Shown here piece after piece: positions 1 to 9,022 of a stretch of 64,000 bases of DNA. This stretch comes from Vicinamibacterales bacterium. Lineage in GTDB: Bacteria > Acidobacteriota > Vicinamibacteria > Vicinamibacterales > UBA8438. The notes under the pieces were generated by a model. That model did no database searches and was not told the origin of the DNA. It saw only the letters and a program-made list of their open reading frames with translations. Location: NCBI GenBank assembly GCA_965200475.1, contig CBDAUL010000010.1, positions 580,118 to 644,117 on the forward strand, given 5' to 3'. The position numbers were made by a program, and so were the translations under genes. Numbering within the stretch: the stretch's first letter is position 1; every line of letters begins with the position of its first letter.

Positions 1-290
1 GTGCCCTGCCGGCGCGAGTAGTGGTCGACGACGAAGCGGTGCAGGAAGAACCCCGTGGTCGGGTCCAGCGGGTCGGCCTGTGCTTCCATCGCCTCGTAGG
101 CGACCGCCTCGGCGCGGCCGACCTCGTCGACGCGCACCACCAGAGGCTTCGGCGGCGGCGCCCAGGCGAGGCGCATCAGCGCGACGGCCAACACGAGGAC
201 GACCAGCGCCAATGCGCCGGTGACCACCCGCAGATGCCGCGCCGCGTGCATCTGCTCCCCCCAGATCTCCGCGAACTCCCGCGCCGCCAT
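1..290 (-). CDS. virB8: VirB8/TrbF-like T4SS protein, N-terminal part only (gene runs off the left edge)
   Basis: Own translation from ATG at 290: MAAREFAEIWGEQMHAARHLRVVTGALALVVLVLAVALMRLAWAPPPKPLVVRVDEVGRAEAVAYEAMEAQADPLDPTTGFFLHRFVVDHY. This gives a short tail, one TM helix, then a periplasmic domain. Starts 2 nt after the VirB6-like stop. Absent from the ORF track because it is truncated. Confidence 0.45.
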   Translation of the reverse strand, partial: MAAREFAEIWGEQMHAARHLRVVTGALALVVLVLAVALMRLAWAPPPKPLVVRVDEVGRAEAVAYEAMEAQADPLDPTTGFFLHRFVVDHYSRRQG

Positions 291-292
291 CT

Positions 293-1300
293 CTACAAGC
301 CTCCCGTCATCACGACGCGCGCCGCCGCCGCCGTCTGCACCGCGCGGCCCGACGCGCCCGAGCCGACGTTGCCTGAGCCCGAGACGAGCATCTGCGTCAG
401 CTCGCCCACCTTCATCGTCGCCAGACCCGCCGCCACGACGTAGGGAATGGTTACGAGCGACCGCCGCATGGCGGTCAGGATCCCCGTCGGCCCGGCCCAC
501 TCCACGTCGCCCGACACGTCGCCCGTCCAGCCCTGCACGACGAACATCCCCAGCTCGGTGACGACCCGGAAGACCGCCGCCGCGATGGCTCCGTAGAGCG
601 AATAGACGAGCACCGTCCGGAACCAGCCCCAGAAGAGGAACGAGAGCTGCGGCACCAGCACCCAGGGGATGAACACCGGGCCGAGCACCAGCGCGATCGA
701 GAGCGCGATCTGCGCCCACATGACCTGCGCCTGCCCGAGCGCGAAGACCACGATCAGGGAGACGAGCAGCACGGCCATCAGCCCGAGGGTCATGAAGAGG
801 TCGAAGGCCGCGTCGAGTACGCCCGGCAGGTCCGTGACGACGTTCCAGCCGAACGAGGCGAGACTGCCGAACCGCCCCTGGCCGGCGAACAGCTCCCGCC
901 ACGCGCCCGTCGCGAGACCGAGCTGCTCCAGCATCGCGGTCCCGGCGTCAGCGACGATCATTCCCTGGAGCCAGTCCCCCATCCCCGTGATCAGGTCCGG
1001 CACGCTCCGGCCGGTCCCCGGCAGCGGGGCGGTGTAGAAGCGGAGCATGCCGAGCGGGATCGACAGCCCGATGACCATGCGGACGACGGCGGCCATGTTC
1101 ACGCCGTGGCCCGAGAGCGCCATCTGCGCCCCGGTCCAGACGACGACGATCAGCGCGAGGCCCTGCCAGAGCTGCATGCCAGCGGCGGCCACGGCCGGCG
1201 CGACCGAGGCCATCAGTTGGTCGGACAGGACCGAGGCCTGCTGGAGCATCAGGAGCAGTTGTTGCGGCGTCATGACGTTGCTGTTTCTCTCGGAAGGCAC
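293..1300 (-). CDS. virB6: VirB6/TrbL-like polytopic T4SS inner-membrane protein
   Basis: 335 aa with multiple hydrophobic helices and a Gly/Ser-rich C-terminal tail. Position in the T4SS operon supports the call. Confidence 0.7.
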   Translation of the reverse strand: MPSERNSNVMTPQQLLLMLQQASVLSDQLMASVAPAVAAAGMQLWQGLALIVVVWTGAQMALSGHGVNMAAVVRMVIGLSIPLGMLRFYTAPLPGTGRSVPDLITGMGDWLQGMIVADAGTAMLEQLGLATGAWRELFAGQGRFGSLASFGWNVVTDLPGVLDAAFDLFMTLGLMAVLLVSLIVVFALGQAQVMWAQIALSIALVLGPVFIPWVLVPQLSFLFWGWFRTVLVYSLYGAIAAAVFRVVTELGMFVVQGWTGDVSGDVEWAGPTGILTAMRRSLVTIPYVVAAGLATMKVGELTQMLVSGSGNVGSGASGRAVQTAAAARVVMTGGL

Positions 1301-1309
1301 GCGGCCGGA

Positions 1310-2425
1310 CTACCAGTCCGACGGCGACGGGACGTGCCGGTGGCTGTCGATGACGGCGGACCCCGCCGCGAGCAGGTCGGCGACGAAGGCATCGTGCTCG
1401 GTCCGCGCCCGCGCGGTGTCGGCCTGCCAGCGGGCTGCCGACTCGCGCCGCGCGCGCTCGGCCTCGTAACGCGCGCGGGCTTGGCGTGCCGCCTCGTAGG
1501 CGGCCAGTTGCGCCTGCGCCAGCAGCAGCTCGGTCTGCGTCACGCCGTTGGCCAGCGCCGCCTGGTCGACGCGCTGGGTCCGCATCAGGTCGTCGCCGCG
1601 CAGGTCCGACAGGTGCGCCACCGACTCGCCCACCTGGACGGCCAGCGTCGAGGCGGCCTCGGCCACCGCATGCGCGTGCGTCAGCTCGGCCGCCGCCCGC
1701 CGCTCCGACCGCCGCCACATGCGCACCACCCGGTCGGCCACCTGACGCGCGAGCCGCAGCCCCCGCAGGTCGGCGGCCGTGACCGACGGCGGCAGCGCCG
1801 CCTCGAAGTCGTCCCACACCGTGCGCCACGTCGCCGTCCCCTCGGCCACGTCGCCGAGGACATCGAGCACCTCGCGTGCCGCGTTGCGGCCGGGGCCGGT
1901 CCATGCCGGGCCGCTCGGGGCGGCCCACGAGCGGAACGCACTCGATTCGGCCGCCGAGGTCTCCGTCGCCGGACGGCCGCCCAGCAGCACCGTCGCCGCC
2001 GCGGGATCGCCCAGGCCCGGCGCGGCCAGCACGTCGAGCCAGCCGGCCTCGTCCGTGACCCCGGGGATCCGCTGGAGGAACGCGCCGACGCCGCCCAGAC
2101 TGGTGCTCGTCGAGAGGCCGATGCCGTGGCGACCGATCAGCCACTCGGCGTCGGTCACCTCCCGCAGCCGGCCGATGTTGCCCATCCCAACATCGTTCGA
2201 CGTGACCAGCTCGGTCGTCGTCGACAGCACGCCGTCGAGCGACTGGAGCTGGTCGACCATCCTGCCGATCTGCGTCACCATGTGCCCGATCTGCGTGACC
2301 TGGTTGGCGATGATGATCGCGTCGCACGAGCCGAACAGGCACGCCTGCGCGCGCCGCGCCGTCCACGTCCCGGCCGCCGCGGCCACCACGAGGGCGGCGA
2401 CGAGCCAGCGCCATCTCTTCGTCAT
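1310..2425 (-). CDS. TrbJ/VirB5-like secreted coiled-coil T4SS protein
   Basis: Start MTKRWRWLVAALVVAAAAG (signal-like) at 2425, forming an ATGA overlap with the VirB10-like stop. N-terminal repeat IIANQVTQIGHMVTQIGRMVDQLQSL and a C-terminal Ala/Arg coiled coil. Longer than typical TrbJ. Confidence 0.45.
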   Translation of the reverse strand: MTKRWRWLVAALVVAAAAGTWTARRAQACLFGSCDAIIIANQVTQIGHMVTQIGRMVDQLQSLDGVLSTTTELVTSNDVGMGNIGRLREVTDAEWLIGRHGIGLSTSTSLGGVGAFLQRIPGVTDEAGWLDVLAAPGLGDPAAATVLLGGRPATETSAAESSAFRSWAAPSGPAWTGPGRNAAREVLDVLGDVAEGTATWRTVWDDFEAALPPSVTAADLRGLRLARQVADRVVRMWRRSERRAAAELTHAHAVAEAASTLAVQVGESVAHLSDLRGDDLMRTQRVDQAALANGVTQTELLLAQAQLAAYEAARQARARYEAERARRESAARWQADTARARTEHDAFVADLLAAGSAVIDSHRHVPSPSDW

Positions 2426-3729
2426 TTCCGAAACATCCTTTCCGGGTGCGGTTCGGGCCGCGGCACCAGCACGTCCGACGTCAGCCACACGCGCAGCCGG
2501 TGGCCGGCGCGGATGGTGACCGCGGGCAGGCGGTTGAGGAAACGCCCGAGGATCTGCGTCGCCGACTGGCCGAAGCCCTGCCCGGCCGCGGCCCGGAAGC
2601 CAGCTCCGCCGCCAGCGTACGGGTCGGAGCCCTGGAGGGTCAGCCCGGCCAAGAGTCCCACGGCGCCGGCCGCCGCGAACATCGACGCGTAGTGCCGGTT
2701 CACCTGGTCGGCCAGCGCGCTCTCGCCGAGGGCGCTGAGGCCGTGGAAGGCGAGGTCGACCCAGCGGCCGTCGGGCCAGATCAGGCGGTGGAACCCGACC
2801 GCGAGCCGGCTCTGGTCCTGGTGTCCGATGGCCTGCGCGGTGCCGAGCAGGCGCGCGCCGCGCGGGACGAGGATGCGCTGGCGGTCGGTCGAGTAGAACG
2901 GGATCGCCACCTGCGCGAGCACCGGGCCGGTGAACTCCCCGCTGAGCTGCGTGACCAGCACCGCGCTCAGCACCGACCCCTCGTAGACCCGCTCCCAGCC
3001 GGCCGGATCGTCCGCCGTCCGGATCACGGCCGGTTCCGCGGCGGGTCCCACCAGCGGCCCGGTGACGCCCGGCACCGTCCGGGCCGGCGGCGTGTAGGCG
3101 GGATCGGCATCCGCCAGGCCGGACAGGAGCGCCGCGTTCGCATCCCGCACCTGCTCGGCGATGGCAGCCGGGTCGGGCGGCGGCACGCCAGCGGTCGCGC
3201 TCTCGGTCGGCCCTGTCGCCGCAACGGCGGCAGGCGCATCAATCGCCTCCGCCTCACGACGCTCGCTGCCGGTTCTCCGCGGCTCGTCGTCGCGGAAGGT
3301 CTGCACGACGCTCGGCGCGCGCAACGACCGTGCCCGCCGCTCGATGGCTTCCAGCCGCAGCCGCTCGCGCAGTTCCAGCTCACCTGCCGTGGGCAGCACG
3401 CCGTCCGCGCCACCCGCGCCGAGCGTATGGTCGGCCGGCGGCGGCGTGAACGCGGAATCCGGGTCGTCCGTGGTCCCGGCGCGGCGGTCGGCATCGCTGA
3501 GCTGCTGGTCTTCGAGTTGCGTCAGTCTCGACAGGATCTGCCCGACCGTGCCCTCTCCCGCGGCCTCCGGCTCACCCGTCGCCGCCTCGTCGGTGTCCGG
3601 GTCGCCGCCCGACTGGCTCAGCACGAGACCGGCCAGCAGCACGGCGATGATGCCCACGCCCGCCTTGGTGACGAGGTTGGCCGGCAACGCCCCGGCCGGG
3701 GGCCGCAACAGTTGTTTCCAGCTCGCCAT
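2422..3729 (-). CDS. virB10: VirB10/TrbI-like T4SS protein
   Basis: Start MASWKQLLRPP at 3729, then a TM helix, a Pro/Ala-rich linker, and a C-terminal beta domain (VLVTQLSGEFTGPVLAQVAIPFYSTDRQRILVPRGARLLG...RAGHRLRVWLTSDV). The upstream 284 codons of the track ORF look like non-coding read-through. Confidence 0.8.
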   Translation of the reverse strand: MASWKQLLRPPAGALPANLVTKAGVGIIAVLLAGLVLSQSGGDPDTDEAATGEPEAAGEGTVGQILSRLTQLEDQQLSDADRRAGTTDDPDSAFTPPPADHTLGAGGADGVLPTAGELELRERLRLEAIERRARSLRAPSVVQTFRDDEPRRTGSERREAEAIDAPAAVAATGPTESATAGVPPPDPAAIAEQVRDANAALLSGLADADPAYTPPARTVPGVTGPLVGPAAEPAVIRTADDPAGWERVYEGSVLSAVLVTQLSGEFTGPVLAQVAIPFYSTDRQRILVPRGARLLGTAQAIGHQDQSRLAVGFHRLIWPDGRWVDLAFHGLSALGESALADQVNRHYASMFAAAGAVGLLAGLTLQGSDPYAGGGAGFRAAAGQGFGQSATQILGRFLNRLPAVTIRAGHRLRVWLTSDVLVPRPEPHPERMFRK

Positions 3730-4541
3730 CACGGACCCGCCTTGCGTGCATCCGCCGACCACGGGAGCCGCCGCCCGGCGACCTCCAGCGCACCGGCGCC
3801 GAGAACGCGGTCGACGACGTGCAGCACATCGCCGTGCACGGTGGAGACCTCCACCGGCCTGAACTCGCCGTCCACCCGCTCGTGGAACACGGGCCGGAGC
3901 GCCCGCGTCCGCACATACGTCCGCCGCCCGTCGTGCCACATCCCCTCGACCAGCCACGGGTAGTCGCCCGAACCGTCCGGCCAGCGGTAGTCGAAGTGCA
4001 ACTGCCGGGGATAGGCTGCGCGGCGCTCGTCGAGCCGTTCTCGCGCAGCGGTCCGCGCCGAATCGATCCGCGCCACCGCTCGCGTTTCCGCCGCCGCGAC
4101 CGACTCCCACGCCTCGGCCGCCCGCCGGGCCATCGCCGCCGCCGCGTCCCTGGAAGCGAGCACAGCGCCGGCGTCCCTCGGCGGCGCTTCCGATATCCCG
4201 ACCCGCACGACCGCATCGACCGTCGAGTCGGCGCTCTCGACCACCAGCAGCGGCACGATCGCCCCGGCCGCCGTCAGCAGCACCACGTTCGAGCGGGCGC
4301 CGGGGGCCAGCGGCCGGACGAACACCAGGTGCGCCGCCGCCGACACGTCCCAACGCTCCGGATCGCCCGCGACGACCTCGATGATCTCGGCCGTCTCCGG
4401 CAGCACCACCGTGCTGACGTGCCGCGCACGCGTCGTCACTTTGATCGGCGCGTCCCCGGGCGCGGCCGGCGCCCGAAGTCCTTGCCCCGCCGCGGGCGCG
4501 GCGGCCAGGGCGCATCCCAGCATCAGAGCCCACGTCCTCAT
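3729..4541 (-). CDS. virB9: VirB9/TrbG-like T4SS protein (paralog A)
   Basis: Start MRTWALMLGCALAAAPAAGQG (signal peptide) at 4541. N-domain VTTRARHVSTVVLPETAEIIEVVAGDPERWDVSAAAHLVFVRPL; C-domain WHDGRRTYVRT. Has an ATGA overlap with the upstream gene. Confidence 0.7.
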   Translation of the reverse strand: MRTWALMLGCALAAAPAAGQGLRAPAAPGDAPIKVTTRARHVSTVVLPETAEIIEVVAGDPERWDVSAAAHLVFVRPLAPGARSNVVLLTAAGAIVPLLVVESADSTVDAVVRVGISEAPPRDAGAVLASRDAAAAMARRAAEAWESVAAAETRAVARIDSARTAARERLDERRAAYPRQLHFDYRWPDGSGDYPWLVEGMWHDGRRTYVRTRALRPVFHERVDGEFRPVEVSTVHGDVLHVVDRVLGAGALEVAGRRLPWSADARKAGP

Positions 4542-5473
4542 CTCGCCATCCCCCGCACGAGCACGGCCGCCACGGCCGCAACCATCCCGCCCACCACCGC
4601 GCGGGCCTTCCACGTCCACCGTGGCCGCGGACGGTCGACCGTCCAGTCGGTCTCCGAGTCGCCGATGCGCAGCCGCCCCGCGCCGAGCACGTGGTCGGCC
4701 ACGTACAGCCCGTCGTCGTGCAGGTCGTACGTCACCAGGCTCGGCTCCAGCCCCTGGCGGCCGAAGCGACGGTCCGCCTCCCGCAGCTCGTAGAGCGCCG
4801 GGGTCTCCTCGGCCCGCGAGCGCAGGTACGTGAACCGGCCGTCGTGCCACAGCGCCTCGACCTCGAACGGCGGCCCGAACGCCGCGGGGTCGAGGCGGTA
4901 CGGGAAACGCAGCCGGCGCGGATACTCGTCGCGCCAGCGCGTCCACGCCGCGTCGTGCTCGGCCCACAAGGCGGCGACCTCGGAAGCCGCGGCCTCGTCG
5001 AGCGCTTCCAGCTCGGCGTGCGCCGCCCGCTCCTCGGCCTCGTGCGCGGCCAGCTCGCCGCCGGCCACGAACGCCGGCGCATGTCGCGGCGCGTCCGCCG
5101 GCGCCGGCCGCTCCGGTCCCTCGACGTAGACCACCAGATCCGGATCTCCGCCGGACGATTCCGCCACCAGCAGCGCCCACACCCGGCCGCTCTCGGCGAC
5201 CAGGGTCACGTTCGACGCGACACCGGCTTCGAGCGGCTTGACGTAGGCGACGTTCGCCGCCGCCGACACGTCCCAGTACTCCGCATCGCCCGCCACCACG
5301 TCGACGATGGTCTCGCCCTCCGGCAGCACGACGGTCGTCGTGTGCCGCACCTGCGCCGTGACCGGGATCGCCTGCTGCTCGGCACCCTCGACCACGGTCC
5401 GAATACCTTGCGCGGCGGCCGGCATCGCCGCCAGCACTCCGCAGCACCCGATCGCCGCCAGTCCCTGTCTCAT
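4538..5473 (-). CDS. virB9: VirB9/TrbG-like T4SS protein (paralog B)
   Basis: Start MRQGLAAIGCCGVLAAMPAAAQG at 5473. VTAQVRHTTTVVLPEGETIVDVVAGDAEYWDVSAAANVAYVKPL and WHDGRFTYLRS align by eye with paralog A. Confidence 0.7.
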   Translation of the reverse strand: MRQGLAAIGCCGVLAAMPAAAQGIRTVVEGAEQQAIPVTAQVRHTTTVVLPEGETIVDVVAGDAEYWDVSAAANVAYVKPLEAGVASNVTLVAESGRVWALLVAESSGGDPDLVVYVEGPERPAPADAPRHAPAFVAGGELAAHEAEERAAHAELEALDEAAASEVAALWAEHDAAWTRWRDEYPRRLRFPYRLDPAAFGPPFEVEALWHDGRFTYLRSRAEETPALYELREADRRFGRQGLEPSLVTYDLHDDGLYVADHVLGAGRLRIGDSETDWTVDRPRPRWTWKARAVVGGMVAAVAAVLVRGMAR

Positions 5474-5492
5474 CGGTCCCTCCTCTTTCGCG

Positions 5493-7913
5493 TCAGCCGA
5501 GCACCGCCGCCCGTTTGTGATCGAGTCCCGCCGCCAGCCGCACGATCGCGCCCTCCACCCCGTAGCGCGCCACCATCTCGGCGCGCCGCTGCGTCTCACC
5601 CGCCGACGACGTGTAGAGCCAGTAGCTCTCCGGGTCGACCACCAGCCGCAGGACCGCGGCCGACGTCGGTCGCCGCAGGTACAGCTCCCGCTTCGGCTCC
5701 AGCTCGCGGACTGTCCGCAGTTCCTCGTCGTTGAGCTGGAACGTCGCCTGACCCGCGGCCGGGAAGTCCGGATTGGCGAGGAACAGCCGCGTCGGCATCG
5801 ACTCCAGCAGCGCCGCCGCGCCGGCCGTCTCCGTGATGTCGGTGACGGACTGCGTCGCCAGGATCAGCGCGGCGTTGCGCTTGCGCCACGTGCGGGCGGC
5901 CTCCGTCAGCCGGCCCAGCACCACCGGGTCGCGCAGGTAGCGCCACGCCTCGTCGACCACCATCAGCTTCAGCCGCGTCGTCTCGGCCGGCGATTCGATC
6001 TCGGTCCGCAGCCTTTCGAGCAGGTAGAGCAGCGCCGCCTCGCACCAGTCCTCGTGCTCGACCGCCCCGGCCAGGTCGATCACCTGCCAGTCGGCCAGGG
6101 TGAGATCGGCATCCTCGGCCGGCGCGTTGTCGAACCACTTGCCCCACGCGCCCGAGCCGTGCCAGCGCGACAGCGCCGGCCACATCGGCGCCGGCAAGGA
6201 ACGCACGAGGTTCCCGAGAGACCGGCGCGGCGGGGCCAGCGCGTAGAGGTCCTCGATGCGCGCCCGGACTTCCGACAGGTCGCCGCTCGACTCCTCCCAG
6301 CCGCCGATCCGCAGCAGGCGCAGCACCCAGGCCGAGAGGAACTGGATCGTCCGCTCGGTCGGCTCCAGGCTGAACGGCCGGAGCGGGATCGCGTCCTTCT
6401 CCGGAGAGACCTCCAGGTAGCCGCCGCCGAGGAACTGCGTCAGCGCCCGGTAGGAGCCGCCCAGGTCGAGGATCAGGACGCGCGGGTCGTACTGGAGCGC
6501 CTGGACCAGCAGGAAGTTGAGCGTGAAGCTCTTGCCCGAGCCGGTCGCCCCGAGCATCAGCGTGTGGCCCACGTCTCGCCCTCCGAACAGGTCGTAGTGA
6601 TACGGCGTGCCGGCCGGCGTCTCGAACACGGTCAGGGCCGGCTTGTCGAGATGGGCGCAACGCCGGTCCCCCCGCGGCGGGCCGAACAGCGGCGCCATGC
6701 AGGCCGCCACGCCCGCCGACACGAACACCCGCCGCGGCTGCCGGGAGGCTGGCTGCCCCGGCAGCCGTCCGAACCAGACCGCCAATTGCCCGTAGGACTC
6801 GCGCGCCCCCTTGGCGTCGAGACCGCCGAAGACGCGCTGGATATCGGCGCCCCACTGCTCCAGTTGCTCAGCCGAGCCGCGCACCGCCACCGACAGCGCC
6901 ACGTCGCCGTACGAGACACCCTCGGTCTCCAGCTCGACCAGGGCCGCGCCCGCCCGCTGCGCCTCGATGCTCGCGGCGGCATCCTCGAGCGCCGCGGCCG
7001 TGCCCTCCTTCTCCTGCATGTGGGCGGCCATCGAGTAGCGCTTCGAGAAGTAGTGCCGCTGGGCCGAGCGCAGCTTCCGGCGCGCCGCCTCCCGCGGCCA
7101 CGGCCGCCACTCCAGGACGACCGTCATCGGCGCCCGCAGGGCGTACAGCTCCTCCAGCGCGTTCGCCGTAACGGTTGCCGGCGGCGCGACGCACGACCAG
7201 ACGCCGACCTTTGAGCCGCCGACGTGCAGCGCGTGCCGTTCGGCCGCCACGTCCTCGCCCGCCAGCCGCCAGTTGACACCGGCGGCCGTGCCCATGCCGG
7301 CGACCCACTGCCCGAGACCGCCGTTGACCAATCGATAGAGCACGGAGGCCGCCTCGTCGGCCATGAGGATCTCGATCGGCGTCGCGTCGACCACGCGGGC
7401 GGCGGAGGCGGCAACCAGCGCCGCCTCGGTCTTGACGGCCCGCGCGATGTCCGCGGCCAGGTACACCGACTCGTGCGGCGCGCGCCGACGACGCAGCCAC
7501 TCAGCCAGATATGTCCGCCACCAGCCGCTTCCACGCGCTTGCGCCGATTGCCGCAGCCTCGGGTTGAAGCTCCAGACGATGTGCGCCTCCGCATCCTGTA
7601 CGCGGCCGTCGAGGAATGCCTGCCGCTTGCGCTGGGCGAGACCCGCGATATCCGATCCGGGCGGCCGAAGCTCGAACGACGGCGGGTGGCGCTCGACGAT
7701 CCACGACACCCGCGTCTCCGGCGGGAGTCCGGAGAGCATCCGCTGCCAGCGGACCGACACCGCGTCGAGGTCCTCGGCCTTCCGGCCGTCGGTGACGACC
7801 GGCGTCAGCCGTCCCACCGTCACCAGCTCCCCGGCCCGCGTCAGGCAGGTGCGCTCGTCGACCCAGCCCCAGTACGGCAGCTCGTGCGCCAGCGGCCCGG
7901 CGTCGCCCGTCAC
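5493..7913 (-). CDS. virB4: VirB4/TrbE T4SS ATPase
   Basis: 806 aa. Walker A LMLGATGSGKSF, Walker B LMVVDEAW. Size and operon position are typical. Confidence 0.9.
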   Translation of the reverse strand: MTGDAGPLAHELPYWGWVDERTCLTRAGELVTVGRLTPVVTDGRKAEDLDAVSVRWQRMLSGLPPETRVSWIVERHPPSFELRPPGSDIAGLAQRKRQAFLDGRVQDAEAHIVWSFNPRLRQSAQARGSGWWRTYLAEWLRRRRAPHESVYLAADIARAVKTEAALVAASAARVVDATPIEILMADEAASVLYRLVNGGLGQWVAGMGTAAGVNWRLAGEDVAAERHALHVGGSKVGVWSCVAPPATVTANALEELYALRAPMTVVLEWRPWPREAARRKLRSAQRHYFSKRYSMAAHMQEKEGTAAALEDAAASIEAQRAGAALVELETEGVSYGDVALSVAVRGSAEQLEQWGADIQRVFGGLDAKGARESYGQLAVWFGRLPGQPASRQPRRVFVSAGVAACMAPLFGPPRGDRRCAHLDKPALTVFETPAGTPYHYDLFGGRDVGHTLMLGATGSGKSFTLNFLLVQALQYDPRVLILDLGGSYRALTQFLGGGYLEVSPEKDAIPLRPFSLEPTERTIQFLSAWVLRLLRIGGWEESSGDLSEVRARIEDLYALAPPRRSLGNLVRSLPAPMWPALSRWHGSGAWGKWFDNAPAEDADLTLADWQVIDLAGAVEHEDWCEAALLYLLERLRTEIESPAETTRLKLMVVDEAWRYLRDPVVLGRLTEAARTWRKRNAALILATQSVTDITETAGAAALLESMPTRLFLANPDFPAAGQATFQLNDEELRTVRELEPKRELYLRRPTSAAVLRLVVDPESYWLYTSSAGETQRRAEMVARYGVEGAIVRLAAGLDHKRAAVLG

Positions 7914-8215
7914 CCTTCACCTCGCTCGATGACCACGTACGGCGACCGGTCCAGCAGCAATCCCGCGTCGTACCGGCTGCGGTAACGGATCGCTGCGCGG
8001 ATCACGCCGACCAGGTTCTGGTCGTGCCGCCACGCCAGCCAACCGACGCCGTAGAGCACGCCGAACACCAGCCCGCCCGCCATCAGGCTGTTGACCGCGT
8101 TCCAGATGGCCGCGCCGAGGGTCGCCGCCAGCAGGAAGAACCGCCGCTCGACCCCCAGCACCGTGAGCGGCTGGCTCAGGATCGCGTAGCCCCGCCACTG
8201 CCTCTTGCCGCGCAT
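7910..8215 (-). CDS. virB3: VirB3/TrbD-like small membrane protein
   Basis: 101 aa with two hydrophobic helices. 4-nt overlap with the virB4 start. Confidence 0.65.
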   Translation of the reverse strand: MRGKRQWRGYAILSQPLTVLGVERRFFLLAATLGAAIWNAVNSLMAGGLVFGVLYGVGWLAWRHDQNLVGVIRAAIRYRSRYDAGLLLDRSPYVVIERGEG

Positions 8216-8218
8216 CAG

Positions 8219-8503
8219 TCAAAAGAGCCACGTGATGAAGTTGGCCGCGCCGAGCGCCATGCCCAGACCGAAGATGATCCCGGCCAGCGCCTGCTTGCTG
8301 CCGCCTTCCTGAAACGCGAACATCAACCCGCCGACGACGATCGCCACCAGCGCCAGCCCGCGCGCGATCGGTCCCGTGAACGCCTGCTGGAGGTTGTTGA
8401 CCGCCTGCACCCAGGGCGAGCGGCCCTGCGCCAGCAACACGCTCTCCTCGGCCATCAGCACCGCGGTCGCCACCGCACTCCACACCCACGCTCGCTGCCG
8501 CAT
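8219..8503 (-). CDS. virB2: VirB2/TrbC-like pilin
   Basis: 94 aa. Long signal-like N-terminus plus two hydrophobic helices (GLALVAIVVGGLMFAF, ALAGIIFGLGMALGAANFITWLF). Confidence 0.65.
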   Translation of the reverse strand: MRQRAWVWSAVATAVLMAEESVLLAQGRSPWVQAVNNLQQAFTGPIARGLALVAIVVGGLMFAFQEGGSKQALAGIIFGLGMALGAANFITWLF

Positions 8504-8516
8504 CTGACTCCTCCTG

Positions 8517-8711
8517 TCACCATGCCCCGCATGCCGTCGAGACGTACCAGGCCACCGTCACGAACAGACCCGCCGCGATCCCGCAGGCCAGCCCCACGTG
8601 CAGGCCCCCGCGGTCGCGGGGAAGTCCGACCGTCAACGCGACCACCGTGCCGCACACGCACAGGCCTGCGGCCCACACCACCAACAGGCCGCACCCGGCC
8701 GCGCCGCTCAC
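8517..8711 (-). CDS. Small two-TM membrane protein (GTG start)
   Basis: GTG at 8711 overlaps the upstream stop as GTGA. Sequence VSGAAGCGLLVVWAAGLCVCGTVVALTVGLPRDRGGLHVGLACGIAAGLFVTVAWYV. Confidence 0.3.
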   Translation of the reverse strand: MSGAAGCGLLVVWAAGLCVCGTVVALTVGLPRDRGGLHVGLACGIAAGLFVTVAWYVSTACGAW

Positions 8712-9022
8712 GAGTAGTCCCCCGCCTCGTCGCGAGCGAGCGCCTCGGCCAGCGCCGGATCCTGGCTGCCCCGCCGAATGCCTCGCTCCACCACGTCCAC
8801 CTTGCGGCCCACCGCGCCGAGACCGACCGCGCGCGCCGCCGCATACGCGCCGGTCCCGAACGCCGCGAGCGCCAGCCCGCCGTAGGCGGCGACATACATC
8901 CCGTGGTCGGCCGCGACCACCCGCCAGAACGGATGCAGATAGGCGACCTCGTTCCACAGCGCCCAGACGGCGAGCGCTCCGGCCGACACCGTCAGACCCA
9001 CGCCCACCTTCCACGGCCTCAC
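8708..9022 (-). CDS. Hypothetical membrane protein
   Basis: 104 aa with three hydrophobic segments. 4-nt overlap with the upstream gene. Confidence 0.4.
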   Translation of the reverse strand: MRPWKVGVGLTVSAGALAVWALWNEVAYLHPFWRVVAADHGMYVAAYGGLALAAFGTGAYAAARAVGLGAVGRKVDVVERGIRRGSQDPALAEALARDEAGDYS

